From Promethearchaeota archaeon (lineage in GTDB: Archaea; Asgardarchaeota; Hermodarchaeia; Hermodarchaeales; Hermodarchaeaceae), in NCBI GenBank assembly GCA_048939245.1, contig JBHLPR010000033.1, positions 1 through 23,650 of the forward strand: a DNA stretch of 23,650 bases, written 5' to 3'. This document shows positions 17,301-23,650 of the stretch, in pieces. Both the position numbers and the translations under genes were made by a program. Positions within the stretch are counted from its first letter, which is position 1, and every line of letters begins with the position of its first letter. Under the pieces are notes generated by a model, which saw only the letters and a program-made list of their open reading frames with translations, searched no databases and had not been told where the DNA came from.

Positions 17301-20300
17301 TGAGTGGGGTTCCATCCGTGGCATTATATACTAAAATTCCGACATGGGCTCCAAAGGTATCGTTTGCGATATTTCCATGTCCGGATAAATCATAGTAGAC
17401 GAGGGTAACATTGAAAGTCGCACCATAATCAGTTGTGGGAATGTATGTAGGAGATAAACTAGACAGTCGTGAAGTTACAACCATATTTGCGATAAGGTAG
17501 CGCTCTTGATAGGTGGGGGGTGAAGTAGGCCAATCAACGGTAATGTTGAGTTGCCAAACGCCCAAGTCACTAACAGCTGATGTGTTGATGACTATCCAGT
17601 AGACTCCAGCAACCGGTTCTGAAATTGAGTAATGACTACTAGGAATGACCCACCCGACCCCGGAAACGTAGATGGGAGCTCCAGTGATAGGATTACCATC
17701 CTGTGAGCTGCTCGCATCTGACACAATGTAATGAACAACTATTGTGACATTGATACCCCATGGAGTAGGATCAAAAGCATCCGTTGATAGTGCGGTATAC
17801 ACTGTTCGTACGATAAAATTAACTGAGGAAAGGGTTGCAGGAGCGTAATGACCTGTGGTTACTTCTTCTAGTGCAATTGAAATTGTGTAGGTTTGGATTG
17901 ATGTGAGTGCAGATGCAAAGATAGTGATGCGATAGGAACCTCCACCGAGTGGAGTATAGGTGTAATCACTTGGGTTGAGGGGCCATGGTCCTATGGCTTG
18001 AACGACGATGTAAATACTGGGATCATTAATGCCTTCACTATTGTGTGAGCTTTCATCATCAAAGACAAGATAATCGACAATGATGATTACATTATCGCCA
18101 TAAGGCGTGGATTCGGGGGGTGTATAATCGAGACGGGTTCTAAGTTGTCGAACAGTGAAGGTTATGGAACGGAATGCACTCGCATATAGGTCATCTGCAG
18201 GATTGGGTTGTAGTGGATAGCTCGCGGCTATACCTAAGACATATTTTGCAATGGTCCCGAGTTCAGATTTGTAGATGGTTATGAGGTATTGACCAGCAAC
18301 GACTTCTGTGTAGGTGAAGTCGACCCCCAATACTAGAGGAGTACCGTTTAACGTGACGGTGAGTGAAGCACCACTTATTGGGTCACCATTATGTAATGTG
18401 CTTTGAGTGTCATCGATATGATAATAGATAGTGACGTTAGCATCTTCGTCCCAAGGAATAGGCTGAAGTGCATCATAATTAATTGAGCTTGAATATTGTC
18501 GAATGGACACAATTAGCGAAAGTGAACGGTTTGCATGGTACGGTTCACCAAACCAGCGTAGTCGAATTTCGAAATTATAGTTACCTACACCTGGAAGGTA
18601 AGCCGTGTTTACAAGGATGTTATAGGTTCCGCCTCCGAGGTCTTGAATCCAGAAGTAGTCCATTCCCGAAGGCCATTTGATGGTTCCATTCCATACTTCG
18701 AAGTGGAGTTGTCCCGTTATATTGAGAATGGGGGCACCTCCCGCGTCGAGGTCCAAACATAGAACTTCAATTGTCGAGTTTTCCTCGAATGGAACAGCAT
18801 TAGGTGGGGTATAAGTGAATTGGGTATTTCGTGCCTGGACGGTGACCATGAGATAGAATTGTTGGCGTTGGAACCGTTCTTTGCTGATTGTGATATTTAA
18901 TGCATAGGTTCCGAGAGGGAGTGCTGTACTATTGAGTTCAATAGAGTACCAGCCATTTCCGTCCTCCCAAATAGTGTAATAGCCGGCTGTCCAGTTGGCT
19001 AAGACATCGACATAGGGGATGCAGCCATTAATGCCAGCACCATCAGTTTTCCGCATGTAGTGAACTTGGATTGTTGCGTTTTCTAGCCAGGAAACGCTGA
19101 CTGAGGGAGATTGCGGACTGTATACAGTCGTTTCAGATGAGATATCGACGACAATATAGGTGAATGCAGCATCATAATAGGATTTACTTGCGTCAACCCG
19201 AATTGTGTAACGCCCAACGTCAGGTACATCCAAAGCGTTAATTTCAGCTTCGTAATATCCGGTGCCTGAAATCCAATTGAAGGTTATTGTGCCAGTCGTC
19301 CAATTCCCTTCAACAGTAGCAGGTGGAGATAACCAAACGTCTTTGTCCGTATCATTATATCGAACCTTAGGATACAAAGGTTGATCTTCAAAGAAAGCGT
19401 AAATGGTAGATTCTCGGGCTACTAGAGTTGTGGCATGGGTTACACTGTACGTGCTTTCGAGTTCTCCAGCTTCGGTTGAATTATCCCAGAAGACAACGAT
19501 TTTATAAAGCCCTCCAATTGTCGTTGCACCATCAATGGTGAACTGAGTGGAGGTAACCCAACCAGCCGCATCTGGAGCCACGAGTTCAGTGTACCAGATT
19601 GTTGATCCGTCAGGATTGTATATAGATACATTGGCTTGTGTGGTTGTAACACCACTTGGCGGATTATTCGAACCATCTAAAATTCTTGCTCGAACACGTG
19701 ACGTATTTCCTGACCGAACCGCAGCAATATTTTGCCACGTCCCATCAAGAATTTGGAGAACAACCGAGTCAACATAGTTATGCGATTCAGCTAGAATCGT
19801 CCAGTACCCATCAGGACTGTTCGTAATGGTTGTTGCAGGAATACTGAGATAACCATCACCTGGATCACCACCTTGACATTGAGCTACCTTATTTACAGTG
19901 GGTAGCTGGGGTTCTGAAACAAAAGTGATGTCCCAATCAGTAGGTATTGTGAAATTGTAGACATCATTCCAATATTGGGTTGGGAGTGCAAGCAGATGGT
20001 ACAAGGTCCATTCAGTGTTTGATCCACTTTCCGCATCAAATTGTATTCCTATTGCTGTCGGGCTCTGGGAATACAGAGTCTGAGCAGTTTTATTAGCATA
20101 CAAATTCACATCACAAAGGGCAGTAACCATAATTTCTAAGTCAGGGTTTGGAGGTGTTGGAGTGGGCGTCCAATTTAATTGGGCAATAACTGGTGAGGTT
20201 GTCCAGACAGCTGTAGGCACCTGAGTTATAGAACCACTACCGCGTGATGCATCATTTTGAACAACTAATCCATTCATTTCAAGATTTATCTCAGAAGGAT

Positions 20301-21201
20301 AAACGCGAGTATCAAGGTAAAGTTCGATGTTGTCAAAGTTCCCTTGCATCCAATTGTTTGAACTATACCCAACACTCATTGTTGAAATAATACCGACTTC
20401 AACTTCAATGGCATCCGATGGAATATTGAAAAGACCTGCATCAATTTCAATAAAGCCGGTATTATGCCAATTAGTATCACCAACTGCTTGAAAACCTGTG
20501 GCCCACACTTGCGTTCCATTAATGCGAATGTATACATTAAATAGCGCATTAGATCCCCAGGCACTGTTAACATAGTAATCCATCTTAATCGCAGCCCAGG
20601 CAATGTTGCTTCGGTTCACAGTGTAGGTTTGGGTCCACCAGGTTCGATCATTATTATCATAGCGATAGTAAGATCCGTCCCAGCGACCATCTTCTTGGAC
20701 GCGGACAAAGCCATTTCCATCAGTTCCACCAGACTGCCAAGATTGACTGAAGGTGTTGGATCCACCGAGGTCAACATAACCGCTAGTCCAGCTATTCGAA
20801 TTTCCATCGAAACTTGGGTTAATGACCCAGCAACGATTTTCATAAAGGTTGTAAATGGAATAATCAAGCTTGTAACCGGTCCAACCTGGAGGTAATACAA
20901 CGCTAGCAGAGTCATTATAGGGAGTTTGGGTGGAGCTGTTATAATACATGAAAATTGGCTGATTTCCATCTGTACGATTTGCAGTTTCATGAACCAGACG
21001 CGCTGCACCGACACCGGAATAATCTGGACTGGGAAGTGGAGGACTTGAGGGGTAAATAGGAGAGGGGGTCGAGTCAATCGAATTCGAGAAAGGGGTCGTA
21101 TCTTGGGAAAAAGCAGGCGTTGGTGTTCCCCAAATCGGATACATAACGAATGGGACGATTAATAAGAAAAATATCAAAAAATGAAAGGATAGTGACTTCA
21201 T
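14311..21201 (-). CDS. Gene D: ~2296-aa single-pass surface glycoprotein; same head type as C, ~14 Ig-like stalk repeats
   Basis: The ORF track starts at TTG 21246. ATG 21201 (MKSLSFHFLIFFLLIVPF) has GGAGG at 21209-21213, 7 nt upstream, and gives a normal signal peptide. TM IGLLAAIIGIIILIAWLAY ~14881-14937. Confidence 0.93.
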   Translation of the reverse strand: MKSLSFHFLIFFLLIVPFVMYPIWGTPTPAFSQDTTPFSNSIDSTPSPIYPSSPPLPSPDYSGVGAARLVHETANRTDGNQPIFMYYNSSTQTPYNDSASVVLPPGWTGYKLDYSIYNLYENRCWVINPSFDGNSNSWTSGYVDLGGSNTFSQSWQSGGTDGNGFVRVQEDGRWDGSYYRYDNNDRTWWTQTYTVNRSNIAWAAIKMDYYVNSAWGSNALFNVYIRINGTQVWATGFQAVGDTNWHNTGFIEIDAGLFNIPSDAIEVEVGIISTMSVGYSSNNWMQGNFDNIELYLDTRVYPSEINLEMNGLVVQNDASRGSGSITQVPTAVWTTSPVIAQLNWTPTPTPPNPDLEIMVTALCDVNLYANKTAQTLYSQSPTAIGIQFDAESGSNTEWTLYHLLALPTQYWNDVYNFTIPTDWDITFVSEPQLPTVNKVAQCQGGDPGDGYLSIPATTITNSPDGYWTILAESHNYVDSVVLQILDGTWQNIAAVRSGNTSRVRARILDGSNNPPSGVTTTQANVSIYNPDGSTIWYTELVAPDAAGWVTSTQFTIDGATTIGGLYKIVVFWDNSTEAGELESTYSVTHATTLVARESTIYAFFEDQPLYPKVRYNDTDKDVWLSPPATVEGNWTTGTITFNWISGTGYYEAEINALDVPDVGRYTIRVDASKSYYDAAFTYIVVDISSETTVYSPQSPSVSVSWLENATIQVHYMRKTDGAGINGCIPYVDVLANWTAGYYTIWEDGNGWYSIELNSTALPLGTYALNITISKERFQRQQFYLMVTVQARNTQFTYTPPNAVPFEENSTIEVLCLDLDAGGAPILNITGQLHFEVWNGTIKWPSGMDYFWIQDLGGGTYNILVNTAYLPGVGNYNFEIRLRWFGEPYHANRSLSLIVSIRQYSSSINYDALQPIPWDEDANVTIYYHIDDTQSTLHNGDPISGASLTVTLNGTPLVLGVDFTYTEVVAGQYLITIYKSELGTIAKYVLGIAASYPLQPNPADDLYASAFRSITFTVRQLRTRLDYTPPESTPYGDNVIIIVDYLVFDDESSHNSEGINDPSIYIVVQAIGPWPLNPSDYTYTPLGGGSYRITIFASALTSIQTYTISIALEEVTTGHYAPATLSSVNFIVRTVYTALSTDAFDPTPWGINVTIVVHYIVSDASSSQDGNPITGAPIYVSGVGWVIPSSHYSISEPVAGVYWIVINTSAVSDLGVWQLNITVDWPTSPPTYQERYLIANMVVTSRLSSLSPTYIPTTDYGATFNVTLVYYDLSGHGNIANDTFGAHVGILVYNATDGTPLNPIFYYVTALVDDTYRVSIDTSAFGTVNVFHEFVINATWDAGFIPFYGNASANVRVYVVGTKTTVLYTPPEPQPFGDDLIFIIQYNMTEAPYTAIDNTTGYVQINAICTSHPAITLVYNVQMINNGFNGYLLLIDTNNFPELGQFTFLVNVTWPSNIAPYYQSHSVLMSGYVRAIHTTLTWEIFGQLYWGDTLILYATYMDVDHSLVLSDPTNTTVTTWISWTGWSVLQVFPNGTYQIQVPTENEVVGLANFTLEFASNFYETRSTIVQFTINPLPLYVSILSTSPWTTEFAGDVVVTVRILDIYGRRINDSTVTYHWGGFPDAPMTFLGNGIYNASFTANQDVGTWLVSIEAVKTNCQTGIGSVTLYILPTDTILTLLTPTIVTIVGSSFEVSANFSTVDGSPIISATLLYTWAGGNGSLIHIGQGIYNATIDSLGLGLGQFSLYVTASTPNAVERFDVVNVFLEVIPTDLSPTDSLINEYWGTNFTIDVYFNDTFHNSPITGANITFFWGTMIGSMQETGTPGWYTITLPTTIFAAGAIYEVTCASDVPTYEFAICVITVNIIPQTTTLELSAAGMYYEPLNMYTTLNLTGWTVPRSDILFLYFNFTDSNGNPIPDATGSFNWLYASGVLTYNAGLYYAQINMNETSPGLYFIDVTLTRQNYETAQITQLPVTVTLVRTELRGLPTNLQVNTGSAYSFVCTLWDLDHNITISDAVITAYIPDITSESGIELLNLGNGTYALSGIAFPRETTMVAQFTAETGIKYSVATHQINIQVTLHPIVQQALRIGLLAAIIGIIILIAWLAYTRVFAIPWLVRKMHKMSTTLGKGKTPHLSNRDINRISTRPESMETLIEPSYSAIGIAVGATVLPAAITIEEREAEDEIIWNELEKLEGLGHDQKLELFEEMKRIPAKDRIWFLEDLKSQMADGTRFGRLPAEPTPVPEGVDPTVHARLQSLAALGSEEKEAVVEQLRGLSKEEQEEVIKALEETTRQTE
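14501..14670. repeat. Near-identical direct repeat, copy 2 (cytoplasmic-domain core of gene D)
   Basis: Offset 5020 nt from copy 1; all differences are synonymous. Confidence 0.9.
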
Positions 21202-21284
21202 AGTGATGCCTCCACTATTTTGATGGTTTATGCTAGCGATATCCAAAGCTGGAGTAGCACTATATCTAGCTCACAGGGCGGGGA

Positions 21285-21306
21285 TTTAAATGCATTTCCT
21301 GAAATG
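21285..21306 (-). promoter_or_regulatory. Promoter of gene D: dyad CATTTC-CT-GAAATG overlapping a BRE-like element, plus TATA box TTTAAA
   Basis: Minus strand CATTTCAGGAAATGCATTTAAA. Dyad centre 98 nt from ATG 21201. The motif recurs upstream of all four visible gene starts. Confidence 0.78.
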
Positions 21307-21360
21307 TGTAGTTGAAAGAAAGGATGAATAATTTATAACATTCTTCTCGAACATAATGTG

Positions 21361-21378
21361 AAACAGAAGAAAGGGAAA
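21361..21378 (-). terminator. Possible archaeal U-rich terminator after gene E
   Basis: Minus strand TTTCCCTTTCTTCTGTTT ~35 nt after the stop codon. Confidence 0.35.
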
Positions 21379-21412
21379 TCAATAATTGGAGTTTGATGTT
21401 ATAACCTGCCTC

Positions 21413-23650
21413 TTATGATGTGTCCTCCTCATTTTCGATGTCGTATTGTTCCTTGAGGGTTTTGAAGACTTCTTCGCGTTCTTTCGGTGGAAGACTTGTA
21501 ATTTGTTTAAAGAGGGTTTTCTTCTCCCGTTCGCTGAGGGCGGGAAGTTCATCAAGACGGGCTTGGATTATCTGTTCTTCAGCGGTCTTGTCTAAGAGTC
21601 CTTCCGGTGGGGTGATTTGCGCGCGTTGGAAGCGAGTGCCATCTGCCATCTGGTGTTTCAAGTCTTCGAGGAACCAAATCCGGTCCTTGGCTGGGATGCG
21701 CTTCATCTCTTCGAAGAGTTCGAGTTTTTGATCACGTCCTAGACCTTCGAGTTGGTCGAGTTCGTGCCAGATGTCGACTTCTTCGGCTTCTCGTTCATCC
21801 ACTGACAGGGGTATGGGTACGGCGCTAGTGGCAAAGGAGATTTTTGCTCCATCATAGGCGTCCTCCATCATGTCCGTCATTTGATCAGGGCGCGTGGCGA
21901 TGCGGCGTTGGTCTCGACCAGAAAGCCTAGGCATTTTGCCCCTACCTAAGGTTGTGGACATCTTACGCATCTTCCGGACTAGCCAAGGTATAGCAAAGAC
22001 CCGAGTATAGGCTAGCCAAGCAATGAGGAGGAGGATGCCAATTACGGCTGCGATTAGTCCGTATGTGAGGATTTGTCGAGTAAAGGGATGGGTCTGTACG
22101 CGCAGCTGGAGAGTGAATTCACCTGTTTCACAATTATCCGCTAGGGCAGTGATTGTGAGGTCAAAAATGCCTTCAAAGGTGGCGGGTACTCCGATTATTT
22201 CATATTCGCCGTTACCCAAATGAATCATCTGAGTAGGTGCTAGACCGAAAGTGGGGCCTTCTATGATGATAGTAGCGTCTGTAATGGCGAGATTATGCCA
22301 GGAATCAGTGAAGTTGACTCGAATACGGAGTATGTCCCCTACATAGACCTCATGGTAACTTGTATTGAGGACTGGATAGAGAAGATGGATTTCTGTGGGG
22401 ATATTCCGAATTTCAATGGTGAAGGAGATAATCGCTACATCAAAGTTTTGTTTTGAAAAGCCCACGGCGGCAGAGTAAGATCCAATTACGAGGGTGTTCG
22501 TATCAATGGTGACTTGGTATAGTCCATTGCCAATGTATTCAATATCTTGGAAGCCGATTTGGTAACTGATTATTCCTGTTGCATTGGAAATGGTTTGGTT
22601 CCAAAATCCTGTATAGTTGAAGGTGAATATGAGGAAATCGCCTCTGGGAGCCCAAATTTCATCAGGGTCAAGTTCATGGATTACGGTTCCGAGTTGGTCG
22701 CTGGTTTGGGCAGTAATAAGCGTGGCAGTGGTTGGTTGTTCGGCTACAAGGAGGAGTATTTGGGAGGTAGCGTCTTCATAGGCGGCGATTTGCGCGCGAA
22801 TTGTTATTGTGTACGTTCCCACAGATTGATTTACGACATGGATTGTGGCGGAATACCAGCCATCCGTACCGTTAGGAAGCATATCACCGGAGAACCCAAT
22901 GCCAAAGTAGCGTGGAATTGCACCTGTAATAGGTTTGTTCTCCGCAGTGTCGTTCAAATAAACTGAGAAGGTGAAGGTATCATTCCAAAATACGCTATAT
23001 GATCTGGACAAGGGCACAATGTCCACTTCTCGTCCACGGATGACGATGCTTACTGAGAGGAAGGCTTGCCAATAATCAACGGGAGCATTTGCGTCGAGGA
23101 AAAATCGAAGTTGATATGTTTCATTAACAAGGTAAAGTGATGCATCAAATGACATCGAAAAGTTGCCAACTTCACCAGATACTGGTGTAAGTGTTCCTGC
23201 ATCCACGATATCGGCTGTCGAATTATACAAGGTCCAGTTGGCGATATATGGAACCGATGTGGCACCAACGTCGATACCTCCACCGGATGGCGTAGAATCT
23301 AAGTCCTTGTAAAATACAATGAAGGTTCGACTTACGTTGTAAGGCACTTCAACAAAGGGAACAGTGGTTGGTGCTTTTAGCTCTAATTCGGTTCGATGTT
23401 CACGTGCAACAATTCCAATCGCCACGTCTGTATCGCTACTACCACTTACGGATATAGGCGCGGTTTGGTTATGGATACGAAATCGATCAATATAACGAAC
23501 ACTCACGTCATATTGATCAGGGAAAATATAAGTCGAAGCTGTAGGAGTAGCATTAAGGGCAAATATCGGAGCTCCTGAGGAGGCATTATCTAAAAAGACC
23601 TCTGCAAATGTTGGAAGCTGACTATTATCATACCAATCTCTAACTTCGAT
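21413..23650 (-). CDS. Gene E: C-terminal 745 aa of another paralog (Ig-like repeats, TM, conserved cytoplasmic domain); 5' end outside the window
   Basis: The frame stays open from the track's GTG at 23506 to the window edge (IEVRDWYDNSQLPTFAEVFLDNASSGAPIFALNATPTASTYIFPDQYDVSVRY...). No signal peptide at 23506. TM YGLIAAVIGILLLIAWLAY ~22007-22063. Confidence 0.93.
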   Translation of the reverse strand: MEVRDWYDNSQLPTFAEVFLDNASSGAPIFALNATPTASTYIFPDQYDVSVRYIDRFRIHNQTAPISVSGSSDTDVAIGIVAREHRTELELKAPTTVPFVEVPYNVSRTFIVFYKDLDSTPSGGGIDVGATSVPYIANWTLYNSTADIVDAGTLTPVSGEVGNFSMSFDASLYLVNETYQLRFFLDANAPVDYWQAFLSVSIVIRGREVDIVPLSRSYSVFWNDTFTFSVYLNDTAENKPITGAIPRYFGIGFSGDMLPNGTDGWYSATIHVVNQSVGTYTITIRAQIAAYEDATSQILLLVAEQPTTATLITAQTSDQLGTVIHELDPDEIWAPRGDFLIFTFNYTGFWNQTISNATGIISYQIGFQDIEYIGNGLYQVTIDTNTLVIGSYSAAVGFSKQNFDVAIISFTIEIRNIPTEIHLLYPVLNTSYHEVYVGDILRIRVNFTDSWHNLAITDATIIIEGPTFGLAPTQMIHLGNGEYEIIGVPATFEGIFDLTITALADNCETGEFTLQLRVQTHPFTRQILTYGLIAAVIGILLLIAWLAYTRVFAIPWLVRKMRKMSTTLGRGKMPRLSGRDQRRIATRPDQMTDMMEDAYDGAKISFATSAVPIPLSVDEREAEEVDIWHELDQLEGLGRDQKLELFEEMKRIPAKDRIWFLEDLKHQMADGTRFQRAQITPPEGLLDKTAEEQIIQARLDELPALSEREKKTLFKQITSLPPKEREEVFKTLKEQYDIENEEDTS
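21663..21730. repeat. Near-identical direct repeat, partial copy 3 (gene E)
   Basis: 68 nt with 3 mismatches to the gene D copy and 4 to the gene C copy. Confidence 0.85.

Noticed and set aside
21202-21246. Upstream starts given by the ORF track for D (21246), C (13862) and E (23506)
   Set aside because: For D and C, the downstream ATGs have SD sites and matching promoter spacing. For E, the frame is open to the window edge.
91-23578. Numerous 60-150-aa ORFs nested in the giant genes
   Set aside because: They overlap fully with well-supported paralogous CDSs, and I saw no protein-like conservation or independent support.
1-23650. CRISPR arrays, tRNA/rRNA genes, transposases or recombinases
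   Set aside because: None recognisable; the window is almost entirely the paralog array.

Overview
The window is one tandem array of five same-strand (minus) paralogous genes for giant secreted, single-pass membrane proteins, plus a decayed fragment of another copy. In transcription order I label them E (21413..>23650, 5'-truncated), D (14311..21201), E' (pseudogene remnant, 14052..14298), C (9291..13847), B (2803..9120) and A (<1..2427, 3'-truncated and absent from the ORF track). The complete proteins share one plan: signal peptide, a head with a divergent CBM4/9-like jelly-roll, a stalk of ~100-115-aa Ig-like repeats (about 7, 12 and 14 in C, B and D), a conserved TM helix, and a strongly conserved ~190-260-aa cytoplasmic domain with 2-3 helical repeats. 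Each gene whose 5' end is visible has its own archaeal-type promoter, with a TTTC-CT-GAAA dyad next to a TATA-like box 89-98 nt upstream of the start codon. The cytoplasmic-domain DNA of C and D is ~96% identical even though their ectodomains are well diverged. BRE/TATA promoters, GGTG/GGAG Shine-Dalgarno sites and dense N-glycosylation sequons point to an archaeon; Asgard is my recollection-based inference and is not verified. The overall picture is a variable-ectodomain, constant-tail adhesin/receptor cluster evolving by tandem duplication, domain gain/loss and probable gene conversion. All alignments and identities were made by eye.
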